43,417 bases of DNA from Candidatus Zixiibacteriota bacterium (GTDB lineage: Bacteria; Zixibacteria; MSB-5A5; CAIYYT01): the NCBI GenBank assembly GCA_040235515.1, contig JBECKX010000134.1:1-43417 (forward strand), in the 5' to 3' direction. Under the pieces are notes generated by a model that saw nothing but the letters and a program-made list of their open reading frames with translations, was not told the DNA's origin and did no database searches. Both the position numbers and the translations under genes were made by a program. Shown one piece after another: positions 9,864 to 19,861 of this stretch (positions are counted from its first letter, which is position 1; every line of letters begins with the position of its first letter).

Positions 9864-10819
9864 GTCAGGTAGCTCCGCTGGCGCAAAAGCCGCTTCAGGA
9901 AGATGTCAAGGCGCACTTCCGGCCGAAGACTCAGGGGTACGTACCGCGCGGGCTGACTCTGGCCGCCGTGGTGTTGATCATCGCGATTCTGGCGATCCTG
10001 CTGGGCAATATCGTCGTCGGTGGGGTTGGTACGATCAGCTGGGAGTTCTTAACCAGTCCGCCGGAGCAGGGGTTGGAGGCCGGCGGTATCTATCCGGCGA
10101 TTATCGGTACGGTATTCCTGGTGATCCTGATGGTGATCTGTGGAGTACCGATCGGGGTGCTGACCGCGATTTATCTGCAGGAGTATACACGCCCCGGTTC
10201 TAAGGTCATGCGGATGATCCGCATTGCGATTAACAACCTGGCGGGTGTCCCATCGATCGTATTCGGCCTGTTCGGACTCGGATTCTTCATCGGGTTCGTC
10301 GGTCGCGGAATCGATGGTGCGTTTTTCGAGTCGAATCAGCCTGTCTGGGGTCAGCCGGCGATAATCTGGGCGGCGCTGACGCTGGCGTTGCTGACGCTGC
10401 CGGTTGTGATTATCTCGACGGAGGAGGCGCTGCGAGCGATTCCTCGCGAGGTCAAGGATGCCAGTTACGCCCTGGGGGCGACCAAGCTACAGACGATCAG
10501 ACGGGTGATTATCCCGCAGGCGATGCCGGGTATTTTCACCGGTTCGATTCTGGCGATCAGTCGCGGGGCGGGTGAGGTCGCACCGATCATGTTTACCGGC
10601 GCGGCGTACTACCTGCCGTACTTGCCGAGCAAGCTGAACGACCAGTTCATGGAACTGGGGTATCATGTTTTTGTCATGGCGACCCAGTCGCCCGACGTTG
10701 ACAAAACATTGCCGATTTTGTATGGAACAGTACTCGTTCTACTGTTGCTGACCTTTATGTTGAACTTCACAGCAATCATGATTAGATCCAGGATACGATC
10801 GAGGCGCAAAGGTGAATGA
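9860..10819 (+). CDS. pstA: Phosphate ABC transporter permease
   Basis: [37 protein letters not shown] overlap with pstC. Confidence 0.95.
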   Translation: MSQVAPLAQKPLQEDVKAHFRPKTQGYVPRGLTLAAVVLIIAILAILLGNIVVGGVGTISWEFLTSPPEQGLEAGGIYPAIIGTVFLVILMVICGVPIGVLTAIYLQEYTRPGSKVMRMIRIAINNLAGVPSIVFGLFGLGFFIGFVGRGIDGAFFESNQPVWGQPAIIWAALTLALLTLPVVIISTEEALRAIPREVKDASYALGATKLQTIRRVIIPQAMPGIFTGSILAISRGAGEVAPIMFTGAAYYLPYLPSKLNDQFMELGYHVFVMATQSPDVDKTLPILYGTVLVLLLLTFMLNFTAIMIRSRIRSRRKGE

Positions 10820-11657
10820 GATAGACGTAGATAGTGGAATCGAACTAAAGACTATGGTAAGGGAAACCGTGGGAGAGATGCCGTCCAAGCCACTTGAGAA
10901 ATCAAGGATCAAGATGGAAGTTCGCGACCTCGACTTTTTCTACGGATCGAACCAGGCGCTGTACAAGGTGTCGATCGATATCGAGGAGAAGAAGGTATCG
11001 GCGTTCATCGGGCCATCGGGTTGCGGGAAATCGACATTCCTGCGAACGCTGAACCGAATGAACGAGACGATTCCGGGGACGCGAATGAGCGGTTCGGTCA
11101 AGCTTGACGGCACCGACATCTACAACGGCTGGAAGGATGTCTCGCAGGTGCGGACGCGGGTGGGGATGGTATTCCAGAAATCGAACCCGTTTCCGAAGTC
11201 GATCTTCGAGAATGTCGCCTACGGTCTGCGCGTCAACGGGATCAGGGACAAGCAAGTGATAGAGTTCGCGGTGGAGGATACGCTCAAGAAGGCGTTTCTC
11301 TGGGAAGAGGTCAAAGACAAGCTTCAACATTCTGCGTTCATGCTATCCGGCGGACAGCAGCAGCGGCTTTGTATCGCAAGAGCGCTGGCGGTGCGTCCGG
11401 AGGTATTATTGATGGATGAGCCGGCATCGGCTCTCGATCCGATTTCCACTTCCAAGATCGAAGATCTTATTGCCGAGCTGAAAAAAAACTATACAATCGT
11501 GATTGTCACGCACAACATGCAGCAGGCGGCACGTGTGTCTGACCTCACGGCGTTCTTTTACGAGGGGAACTTAGTCGAATTCGGGCCGACGAAGAAGATT
11601 TTCACTAAGCCCGACAAGAAACAGACCGAGGATTATATTACTGGTCGCTTTGGTTGA
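10812..11657 (+). CDS. pstB: Phosphate ABC transporter ATPase
   Basis: [48 protein letters not shown]. Exact start uncertain. Confidence 0.97.
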   Translation: MNEIDVDSGIELKTMVRETVGEMPSKPLEKSRIKMEVRDLDFFYGSNQALYKVSIDIEEKKVSAFIGPSGCGKSTFLRTLNRMNETIPGTRMSGSVKLDGTDIYNGWKDVSQVRTRVGMVFQKSNPFPKSIFENVAYGLRVNGIRDKQVIEFAVEDTLKKAFLWEEVKDKLQHSAFMLSGGQQQRLCIARALAVRPEVLLMDEPASALDPISTSKIEDLIAELKKNYTIVIVTHNMQQAARVSDLTAFFYEGNLVEFGPTKKIFTKPDKKQTEDYITGRFG

Positions 11658-11776
11658 TACCTGCGACGAGTTGATTCTCGACCATGGTTAACTGAATTGT
11701 ACTATAGATGTCAATTCTGCGGTCAGCTATGTGTTCGTCGACTTTGGCTGGTTTTTTTGAGGCAGGGGTAAGGTAA

Positions 11777-12451
11777 ATGCAGGACAATTTCCCACGTCAT
11801 CTGGGGCGGGAGATCGACAAGCTCAAGCGGAAGCTTCTCGCATTGAGTGCCTTTGTCGAGGAATCGGTGCAGCGGGCCGTGAAGGCGATTGCCACCCGGG
11901 ACGACAAGCTGGCGCGTCGGGTGATCGATACCGATTTTGAGATCGACGAGATGGAAGTCGATGTCGAAGAGGACTGCCTCAAGATTCTTGCCCTCCACCA
12001 ACCGGTAGCCGTCGACCTGCGCTACATCATTGCGGTCCTGAAGATCAACAACGACTTAGAGCGCATCGGTGATCTGGCGGTGAACATTGCAGAGCGCGCG
12101 ATATTCCTCTCGCGGATGGTGAAGAGCGAAAACCCATACGACTTCGCCAATATGTCGGCCAAGGTGCAGACGATGCTGCAGAAGGCGCTCGATTCGCTGG
12201 TAAACAGTGACTCGGAGCTTGCGCGCCAGGTATTGACGTCGGACGATGAGATCGACGAGATCAACCGGCAGATGTATCAGGATGTAATCGATGGCATCAA
12301 GAAGGCGCCGAACACGGTGGACTACCTGATTCAGATGCTGGCGGTGTCGCGTAACCTCGAACGAATCGCCGATCATACGAGCAATATTGCCGAGGATGTG
12401 ATCTACATGGTGGATGGCGAGATCATTCGGCACAGCGGCAGATCGTACTAG
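11777..12451 (+). CDS. phoU: Phosphate signalling protein PhoU
   Basis: LHQPVAVDLR, DLERIGDLAVNIA, LERIADHTSNIAEDVIY, GEIIRH. Confidence 0.95.
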   Translation: MQDNFPRHLGREIDKLKRKLLALSAFVEESVQRAVKAIATRDDKLARRVIDTDFEIDEMEVDVEEDCLKILALHQPVAVDLRYIIAVLKINNDLERIGDLAVNIAERAIFLSRMVKSENPYDFANMSAKVQTMLQKALDSLVNSDSELARQVLTSDDEIDEINRQMYQDVIDGIKKAPNTVDYLIQMLAVSRNLERIADHTSNIAEDVIYMVDGEIIRHSGRSY

Positions 12452-12634
12452 CCGCCAATCATCTCTCTAATCAAATCTCCAACAGTCTTAGCTCCATAGT
12501 TAGCATCGTCCGCTGTGAATTGCAGTTGGGAGGGCGTCGTACCGGTTCGACCGCCGGGATACGGTTGTGAAGTAGTTTCTGAGTTTTAAGAGCAGAAAAG
12601 ATGTACTTAATTATCAACGCTGGCCGTTAACAGC

Positions 12635-12662
12635 TTGACTCCGCCTTTTCCTTCCCTATATT
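12635..12662 (+). promoter_or_regulatory. Sigma70-type promoter for the Na/Pi symporter
   Basis: TTGACT-16 nt-TATATT; a single TTAACA at 12627. Confidence 0.45.
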
Positions 12663-12704
12663 CGCCATCGACGAAATTCAGGCGTTCGTTAACTATCCTT
12701 GTTG

Positions 12705-13829
12705 ATGTCAGAAGGTAAGGCGATTCGATCTTCCATTGAGGGCCGTTATGGGCCCGGTGACAATGTCGTCCTCAAAATTGCGGCGATTATTGCGCTCGTC
12801 TATTGCTTCATTCTCTCGATCACATTGCTCGGCGTCGGGTTCAAGCTGTTTGGCAAGGGGCTGACCGAGGCGCTCTTTACCGCCACGGCAAACCCACTTG
12901 TCGGACTCGCGATCGGATTGCTCGGCACGGTGCTGGTACAATCCTCCTCCACGACAACATCGCTGATCGTAGGAATGGTGGGGGCAGGGACGCTTTCCTT
13001 CGGTGCGGCGGTACCAATGGTGATGGGTGCCAATATCGGCACTTCGGTCACCAACACGCTGGTATCGCTGGCGCACATCTCTCGCGGAGATGAGTTCAGG
13101 CGGGCATTTGCCGGTTCGACCGTCCATGATTTTTTCAACCTTTGTTCCGTGATAGTCCTGCTGCCGCTGCAGATCGAGTTTGACATAGTCGGGCGCTCCT
13201 CGCACCTGGTGGAGGCGTTCTTTGAGGGCTTTGGCGGATTGAAATTCAGTTCGCCGCTGAAGGTTGTCACTAAGCCGGTCGCAGAAATGATTTCGCAGGG
13301 CGTAGGCGACAACGGATACCTGACCGTTGCAGTGGCGGTAGTATTGATGATGCTGTCGCTGCGTTACCTGGTCAAGACGATGAAGTCGCTGGTGCTTTCC
13401 CGCATCGAACAGTTTTTCCAGCGCTACGTATTCAGAACACCGGCCCTGGGATTTGTTCTTGGGATTTTCGTCACGGTGCTGGTGCAATCGTCATCGATTA
13501 CGACTTCCATCGTTGTGCCGCTGCTGGGCGCGGGCGTGCTGACACTGCAGCAGATTTTTCCCTACACCCTGGGCGCCAACATCGGCACGACAATCACGGC
13601 GTTCCTGGCATCATTCGCGACAGGCTCGGTGGAAGCGGTCGCGATAGCATTTGCGCACCTGATATTTAACTGCTACGGAATAATTATATTTTGGCCGTTA
13701 AAACAAATACCGATAACACTAGCGGAACGACTGAGTGCACTAACGATGAAATCGAAGTTGATTCCGGCAGCCTATCTTCTGATCGTATTCGTATTGATTC
13801 CGGCAATGATCATTTGGTTGGGCACCTGA
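12705..13829 (+). CDS. Na+/phosphate symporter (NptA/SLC34 family)
   Basis: Two VQSSS(T/I)TTS repeats, each followed by GANIGT; HDFFN; AFAHLIFN. Confidence 0.9.
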   Translation: MSEGKAIRSSIEGRYGPGDNVVLKIAAIIALVYCFILSITLLGVGFKLFGKGLTEALFTATANPLVGLAIGLLGTVLVQSSSTTTSLIVGMVGAGTLSFGAAVPMVMGANIGTSVTNTLVSLAHISRGDEFRRAFAGSTVHDFFNLCSVIVLLPLQIEFDIVGRSSHLVEAFFEGFGGLKFSSPLKVVTKPVAEMISQGVGDNGYLTVAVAVVLMMLSLRYLVKTMKSLVLSRIEQFFQRYVFRTPALGFVLGIFVTVLVQSSSITTSIVVPLLGAGVLTLQQIFPYTLGANIGTTITAFLASFATGSVEAVAIAFAHLIFNCYGIIIFWPLKQIPITLAERLSALTMKSKLIPAAYLLIVFVLIPAMIIWLGT

Positions 13830-13854
13830 GGAAGGTAAAGCGAAAGGTCCGGCG

Positions 13855-14556
13855 ATGTTCAGCAAACTGAAGCAATTGTTTCTATCGGAGAGCCTGCTTG
13901 ACGAGGCTTTCAACACCACGCTCAAGATGCTTGAGTTCGACGATAAGATGTATCGAGCGTCGCGCACGAGTTTGCGCGAAACCGATGCGGCGCTCCCCGA
14001 TATTGATGTCAGGAAGACAGACGTCCAGGTAAACAAGTACGAACGCGAAGTCAGGCGGATGGTCCTGACACATCTGAGCGTCTCCGGCACTCAGCACCTG
14101 GTGGCCGGGCTGGTCCTGGTTTCGATAGTGGTTGATGTGGAACGCATCGGCGACTACACCAAGAATATCTCCGACCTGGCCGGGTTGCACTCGTCCAAGC
14201 TCCAGGGGGGCAAGTATGAGGAGAACCTGCTCGAGGTCGAGCGATTCGTCAGTGACAACTTCGAGAAGACGATTGCGGTGCTCAAGTCACACGACAAAGA
14301 GCTTGCGCACCAGGTGATGTCGGTGGAGCAGAAGGTCGGCAAGGCTTCCGACTGGATTGTCAACGAGATGATCACTGTGCGCGACAGTTCGATCACTGCG
14401 GGGGATGCGGTATCGGTTGCGCTGTATGCGCGCTACCTCAAGCGGATCAACGCCCACCTGACCAATATCGCCAGCGCGGTCGTAAACCCATTCCCGAGGA
14501 TCGGGTTTCAGGCGAAGGATGCTCATCGTAAATCGGGTGGTGACTCGAAAGAGTAG
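13855..14556 (+). CDS. Stand-alone PhoU-domain protein paired with the Na/Pi symporter
   Basis: DVQVNKYEREVRR, DVERIGDYTKNI, LKRINAHLTNIA (two PhoU-like helical repeats). Confidence 0.8.
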   Translation: MFSKLKQLFLSESLLDEAFNTTLKMLEFDDKMYRASRTSLRETDAALPDIDVRKTDVQVNKYEREVRRMVLTHLSVSGTQHLVAGLVLVSIVVDVERIGDYTKNISDLAGLHSSKLQGGKYEENLLEVERFVSDNFEKTIAVLKSHDKELAHQVMSVEQKVGKASDWIVNEMITVRDSSITAGDAVSVALYARYLKRINAHLTNIASAVVNPFPRIGFQAKDAHRKSGGDSKE

Positions 14557-14625
14557 TTGGATTCGGCGGCGTTCCCTGCAAGCTTTCATTGGATAATTGA
14601 CAGCTAATTTCGTATTCTCATCGAT

Positions 14626-15258
14626 ATGAGAAAACACCTTCGAGTTGGTTCGCCGGCATTTGCGCTGCTGACATTTGCACTGCTGATGTTTGCGGTCACA
14701 CCTGCGTCGGCGAATGATTTTCGCTATCTGTTCAATGCCGGCGTCTCGTATCCGCTGGCGCCGGGTGCTTTCAACGACAACTGGCAGATCGGTTTCAACT
14801 TAGGGCTGGGGCTAGAGCGGAGAATCGACGGTCCCTGGTACTGGCAGATATCTTTCGACTACAACAATTTCGGAATCGAAGAAGAGCAATATACAAAGTG
14901 GGCGGGTTACTACGAACCGGGGCTTTCAGTGGATGGTGGCACTACCTCGATCATCGTGGTAGGTGCCAACCTTAAGCGGATGATGACGCGGGCACGCTCG
15001 GGCGAGGCGCCGTACCTGATCGGTGGCGTCGGGCTCTACCGCTTCCAGTTGGCCGATGGTTATTTTGCTACGCGCGACACTTCGATCAACATCGTCAGCT
15101 ATTCAGAAAACAGCGTCGGCGCCAATATCGGAGCGGGCGTAGACGTGCGCATAGGGGCCAGGACCAGTTTTTACCTGGAGGCTCGCTACTTTATCGGCTT
15201 CACCAGTGATGAGGCCACCCAGCACGTGCCGTTTCGAGTCGGCATCATCTTTAAGTGA
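14626..15258 (+). CDS. Small outer-membrane beta-barrel protein
   Basis: Signal peptide (PASA), amphipathic strands, PYLIGGVG, GANIGAGVD, ends FRVGIIFK. Confidence 0.75.
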   Translation: MRKHLRVGSPAFALLTFALLMFAVTPASANDFRYLFNAGVSYPLAPGAFNDNWQIGFNLGLGLERRIDGPWYWQISFDYNNFGIEEEQYTKWAGYYEPGLSVDGGTTSIIVVGANLKRMMTRARSGEAPYLIGGVGLYRFQLADGYFATRDTSINIVSYSENSVGANIGAGVDVRIGARTSFYLEARYFIGFTSDEATQHVPFRVGIIFK

Positions 15259-15303
15259 TCTCCCTCCACCTGCAACCCAACGTCTGAAGGAAGATAGCAT
15301 CTC

Positions 15304-17469
15304 ATGAAGATAGCACTGGTCTACAGCCGCAGTACGAATGTCATTAACCTCTTCGGTACTCCGAACAAGGAGAAGATCGGACTCAAGACGATCAAACGAA
15401 TCGCGGACTCGCTCAAAGCGGGAAAACACCAGGTGGAGGTGATCGAGGCGGGCAAGGATGTCGTTGAGCAGCTTGAGCATTTCATGCCCCGCGTCGTGAA
15501 GGGCGAGCGGCCGGGCCTGGTATTCAACGTGTCATACGGCATTCAGGGACAGGCGCGCTATACGCATGTTCCGTCGATTCTGGAGATGGTGGGGATACCA
15601 TATATCGGTTCGGGTCCGCTGGCTCACTCGCTGGCGCTGGACAAGGTAGTGGCGAAGATGATTTTCAGGCAGCAGGGTTTGCCGACGCCAGACTTCGCAG
15701 TGCTTGATGCTCCCGGGTTTGAGCTGCCAGACTTGAAGTTCCCGCTGATTGTGAAGCCGAAGAATGAGGCGGTATCCTTCGGGCTGCGCGTCGTCAAAAA
15801 CGAGAGGGAACTGCGCGAAGGGGCTGATGTGATTTTCCAGAAATATGAACAGCCGGTGTTGGTAGAGCAGTTTATTCAGGGGCGCGAGGTCAACGTGGGG
15901 ATTCTCGGAAATGACCCGCCGGAGGCGTTGCCGCCGGCCGAGTTGTTGTTCGGCAAGGGGGGGCCGAAGATCTACACGTACGAGGACAAGACCCGCAGAT
16001 CGGGTCGGGAGATCGAAATTGAGTGTCCAGCGCGGCTCCCGGCGAAGCTGGCCGAGCAGGCGGTTGACCTGGCGAAGAAGGCGTTCAAGGCCTTGGGCTG
16101 TTACGACTGTTGCCGAGTTGATATGCGCATTGACCGGCAGAATCGGCTTTACATCCTGGAGGTGAACAGCCTCCCCTCGCTCGGTGAGCATGGGTCATAT
16201 ACGGCAGCGGCACAGGCTGCCGGGTTGGATTATGCCGCATTGGTGAATCGACTGGTAGATGTGGCCGCAGCGAGGTATTTCGGGACGCCCGCACCCCCGC
16301 AGATCGGCGCGGCGGAAACCGAGCCGGAGGGACGAGTATTTTCCTACCTGATCGAAAGGCGCGACAAGCTTGAGAAGCGGGTGGAGGAGTGGACGCGGAT
16401 GCATCGCCGCACGGGAGATCCGACCGGACTACGGGAGGCGGTCCTTCGCGCCCGAGAGATTTTCCAGGATGAGTTGAAACTCAAGCCCATACCGGACTTG
16501 AGTGATGATCGCTGTGCGTGGGCGTTCGAGACCGCGGCAGGAGCAAGCGGTGGCACACTGCTGGTAGGCAACCTTGATGTTCCGTACGAGCGCACGGTGC
16601 CGCATCACATGTTCCGCCGTGATCCGGAGTCATTCTATGGCGAGGGGGTTGGTTTGACCGCCGGCCCGCTGGCGATGACGGAGTTTGCGCTGAGGGCGTT
16701 GCGTGCCGTGCGACAGCTTAACAAGGTGCCGCTGGGATTGATGCTCTACTCCGACGAGGGTCAGGATTGCCGCTACTCGGCTGAGCTGTTACGGGCGGCG
16801 ATGTCGCGTGCGCGGCAGGTGCTGGTGTTGCGTCCGGGTAACCCTGAGGCACATATCATCAATCAACGTCGTGGTTGGCGCAGTTACGAACTGGTGGTGG
16901 AGGGGAGCGCGGGCCGGGTCGGCTCGGTACAGAAGCGCGCCGATGTGCTGCAATGGAGCATGGAACGCCTGCAGCGCGCCTTTGCCCTGACTTCGCGCAG
17001 CAAACGGATCGCGGTGGCGGCGCGCGATATCCACAGCGAATCTTATCCTCGCCATCTCCCGCACAAATTCAGTTGCACGCTGCTGCTGAACTACGGAGAT
17101 GTAAGCAAGGCGGAGGAGGTCGAGGCGGCCATCAGAAAAATCTTCGGCAAGAAGGAGTATCGCTGGGAGCTGAAACTGATTTCGGACCGGCATCCGATGA
17201 AGAAGCGGCAACGCAACGAGCGGATCAGCAGAGCGTATTTGAAGCTGGCCGAGGAGTTGGAGATGCCGCTACAGGTGGAGTCATCGCTCTATCCGTCGGC
17301 GGCGGGCCTTGCCCCAGCCGGGCCTGCGGTAATGTGCGGGATCGGTCCGGTTGCGCATCACGCATTCACGCCGGAAGAGTCGCTGTCGCGCATCAGTCTG
17401 ATGCAGCGCACGCTGTTGCTGGCACGATTCCTGCAAACTCAGGCGAATATCCCGGTAAAGCAGAAATAG
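15304..17469 (+). CDS. D-Ala-D-Ala-ligase-like ATP-grasp protein fused to an M20-peptidase-like domain
   Basis: N-half: GIPYIGSG, LDKVVAK, FPLIVKP, LVEQFIQGREV, CRVDMR, LEVNSLPSL. C-half: LLVGNLDV, FYGEG, YSDEG, RRGW, VMCGIGP..TPEE, matching the M20 layout. Confidence 0.85.
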   Translation: MKIALVYSRSTNVINLFGTPNKEKIGLKTIKRIADSLKAGKHQVEVIEAGKDVVEQLEHFMPRVVKGERPGLVFNVSYGIQGQARYTHVPSILEMVGIPYIGSGPLAHSLALDKVVAKMIFRQQGLPTPDFAVLDAPGFELPDLKFPLIVKPKNEAVSFGLRVVKNERELREGADVIFQKYEQPVLVEQFIQGREVNVGILGNDPPEALPPAELLFGKGGPKIYTYEDKTRRSGREIEIECPARLPAKLAEQAVDLAKKAFKALGCYDCCRVDMRIDRQNRLYILEVNSLPSLGEHGSYTAAAQAAGLDYAALVNRLVDVAAARYFGTPAPPQIGAAETEPEGRVFSYLIERRDKLEKRVEEWTRMHRRTGDPTGLREAVLRAREIFQDELKLKPIPDLSDDRCAWAFETAAGASGGTLLVGNLDVPYERTVPHHMFRRDPESFYGEGVGLTAGPLAMTEFALRALRAVRQLNKVPLGLMLYSDEGQDCRYSAELLRAAMSRARQVLVLRPGNPEAHIINQRRGWRSYELVVEGSAGRVGSVQKRADVLQWSMERLQRAFALTSRSKRIAVAARDIHSESYPRHLPHKFSCTLLLNYGDVSKAEEVEAAIRKIFGKKEYRWELKLISDRHPMKKRQRNERISRAYLKLAEELEMPLQVESSLYPSAAGLAPAGPAVMCGIGPVAHHAFTPEESLSRISLMQRTLLLARFLQTQANIPVKQK

Positions 17470-17472
17470 ACC

Positions 17473-19086
17473 ATGACACGACACGAGATAAAGGCGAAGA
17501 GCTCGAGGTCCGTTGACACAGAGTCACGGGAACTGAGCGGCTATGGCCGCTATTTGCCGCAGCGTTCGAGCAGTTCGCCGCGCGGGATGGTTAGCAGTCA
17601 ACACGCGCTGGCATCGCGAGCTGGAGCGGAGATGCTCGAACGGGGCGGAAATGCAGTTGATGCGGCGGTCGCAACGGCGTTCGCGCTGAGTGTCTGTGAG
17701 CCGGCTGCATCGGGACTGGGTGGGCAGACGATGATGATCATCCACCTCGCGGAAGAGGAGCGGACATTCGTGCTGGATGGATCATCGTTTGCGCCGCATC
17801 GTGCCATCCCCGGTTCGGTGCATGCGAACGATCGTCGCCGCGGTTACAAGGCAGCGACTGTTCCCACCACTCCACGCACGCTGGCGTACGCGCTTGAGCG
17901 TTACGGTAATCTTACGCTGGCTGAGGTGATGCGTCCTGCCATCAAGCTGGCGGAGGATGGTTATCCGGTCAGCGAGTTGCAGCGAGCTCTGACTCGCAGA
18001 GAGCGGCAGGCGCTCAGGTCGCACACCGCGGGAGAGTTCTTTCTCAAGGATGGACGAAAAACTTATCGAGTGGGGGAGACGTTCAGGCAGCCGGTACTTG
18101 CGAGGACGCTGCGCAGGCTTGTCGATGATGGCGTCGACGACTTTTACACCGGCGAAATCGCGCACCTGATCAGCCGTGATATGGAACGTCACGGCGGGTT
18201 GATCAGGCTCGATGATCTCGCGCAGGTGCGTGATCCGGTGGAACGAAAGCCGATCAGGGGGAGATTCAAGAGCTGGCAGATAAGAACGATGCCACCTCCG
18301 GGGGCGGGGTTGGTTTTGATGGAGATGCTCAACGTCGCCGCGGAATTCAAGACGGCGCAGAGAAACCCCAATAGTCCCGAAGGCGCTGTATTGCTGGCGA
18401 AGATCATGCAACGAGCCTACCGAGACCGGCGTGACCGGCCTTACGATCCGGAGATTTATCCGCAGGTGCCTGACAAGTTGATGGCGAGCCGGCACTATGC
18501 TGCGCAGGTCGCCAACGAGATTCGCGGCGGTGGCGAGACGACTCATCTGTCGGTAATGGATGCCGAAGGCAACGTGGTGGGGTTGACGCAATCGATCGAG
18601 CGGGTCTACGGCTCCTGCTGCGCTTCGGAGCAACTCGGATTTCTTTACAACAACTACATGATGGCGTTCGAATTCAAGGATATCGAACACCCGTACTATC
18701 TGCGTCCGCGCGCGATACCGTGGGCCAGCGTGGCGCCGACGATTATCTTCAAGGATAAACAGCCGTGGCTGGTGATCGGGTCGCCGGGCAGCCAGCGGAT
18801 TACATCATCGATCTTTCAGGTATTGCTGCGAATCAGGCAGGGAACGCCGCTCGATGCGGTCGATGCTCCACGATTCCATTGCGGTAGCGAGTCGAAGGTA
18901 TCGCTGGAGGCTGACAGGATCTCCGATTCGATCATCGAGGCATTCGCGGACGCGGGTTATGAGATTGACCGGCGTGATCCATATTCGTTTTACCTCGGCT
19001 GCGTTTCGCTCGTGATCAGGGAGGGAAAGGACTTCACCGGAGTTGCAGATCCGCGCAGGGACGGCGCCGCGATAGGGCCGTCGTGA
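17473..19086 (+). CDS. Gamma-glutamyltransferase (Ntn-hydrolase) family protein, no signal peptide
   Basis: GGNAVDAAVA, EPAASGLGG, ETTHLSVMDAEGN (nucleophile Thr), GFLYNN, GSPG, APRFH, ADPRRDG. Confidence 0.9.
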   Translation: MTRHEIKAKSSRSVDTESRELSGYGRYLPQRSSSSPRGMVSSQHALASRAGAEMLERGGNAVDAAVATAFALSVCEPAASGLGGQTMMIIHLAEEERTFVLDGSSFAPHRAIPGSVHANDRRRGYKAATVPTTPRTLAYALERYGNLTLAEVMRPAIKLAEDGYPVSELQRALTRRERQALRSHTAGEFFLKDGRKTYRVGETFRQPVLARTLRRLVDDGVDDFYTGEIAHLISRDMERHGGLIRLDDLAQVRDPVERKPIRGRFKSWQIRTMPPPGAGLVLMEMLNVAAEFKTAQRNPNSPEGAVLLAKIMQRAYRDRRDRPYDPEIYPQVPDKLMASRHYAAQVANEIRGGGETTHLSVMDAEGNVVGLTQSIERVYGSCCASEQLGFLYNNYMMAFEFKDIEHPYYLRPRAIPWASVAPTIIFKDKQPWLVIGSPGSQRITSSIFQVLLRIRQGTPLDAVDAPRFHCGSESKVSLEADRISDSIIEAFADAGYEIDRRDPYSFYLGCVSLVIREGKDFTGVADPRRDGAAIGPS

Positions 19087-19775
19087 TGAACCTGCCGTTT
19101 CTTATCTCGCTGCCGCATGCGGGGTTGGAGGTACCGGCTGTGGTAAAGGACCTGTGCAGATTGAGCGAGGCTGATATCATCAAGGATGGTGATGAAGGGG
19201 CGGCAGAGATTTATGCGATCGAGTCAAGTGTGCGCGCATTTGTATCGACCGAGGTTGCACGCGCGATAGTTGACCAGAATCGGGCGTCGGATGATTTTCG
19301 GCCAGATGGTGTGATCAAGACCGAGACCTGCTGGCAGGTGCCGGTGTATTCGCGTCTGTTGACCGATTCGGAACGCGAGGCGCTCCTGCGGGAATATTAC
19401 TTTCCTTATCATCGACGACTCAGTGAGCTGGCAGCGGAGGTTGTGCTCGGTATCGACTGCCATACGATGGCGACGATCGGGCCACCGATTGGGCCGCTGG
19501 CGGGGGAGGAGCGACCGCATATATGCGTCAGCGACGGCGACGGGACCCTGCCCGCCGAGTGGATGAACCTGCTGCTGGAGTGCCTGTCGAAATCGTTTGA
19601 GGAAGAGGTCAGGCATAATTTCCCGTTCAAAGGTGGTTACATCATTCGTGAACATTCAAAAGAAGTGCCGTGGGTTCAAATCGAGATGTCACGGGTCGAG
19701 TGGGTCAGCAACCAGGAGAAGCGTCAGCGATTGTTGCAGGGGCTGGAGTGGTTCGCGCGGAAGCTTTCGGCATAG
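19086..19775 (+). CDS. N-formylglutamate amidohydrolase family protein
   Basis: ISLPHAG, VDQNR, YYFPYH, IDCHTM, PFKGGYI, QIEMSR; TGATG overlap with the GGT stop. Confidence 0.88.
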   Translation: MNLPFLISLPHAGLEVPAVVKDLCRLSEADIIKDGDEGAAEIYAIESSVRAFVSTEVARAIVDQNRASDDFRPDGVIKTETCWQVPVYSRLLTDSEREALLREYYFPYHRRLSELAAEVVLGIDCHTMATIGPPIGPLAGEERPHICVSDGDGTLPAEWMNLLLECLSKSFEEEVRHNFPFKGGYIIREHSKEVPWVQIEMSRVEWVSNQEKRQRLLQGLEWFARKLSA

Positions 19776-19861
19776 TTATAATGCAACAGTGAGCGTGCCG
19801 GTTGCGTAGAATCGCCTAACGGTATCGAGCAGACCTGCAAGGAAAATCGGAAGGACCCTTA

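Noticed and set aside
12452..12698. tRNA or riboswitch in the phoU-symporter gap (GGTTCGA inside a hairpin)
   Set aside because: No cloverleaf or recognisable riboswitch consensus.
15304..16290. Calling the ATP-grasp gene ddl or a vancomycin-resistance ligase
   Set aside because: It lacks the D-Ala subsite motifs, is fused to an M20-like domain, and has no mur or van context.
19086..19775. Calling the amidohydrolase hutG of histidine utilisation
   Set aside because: No hutH/U/I/F in the window; its context is the ligase-GGT module.
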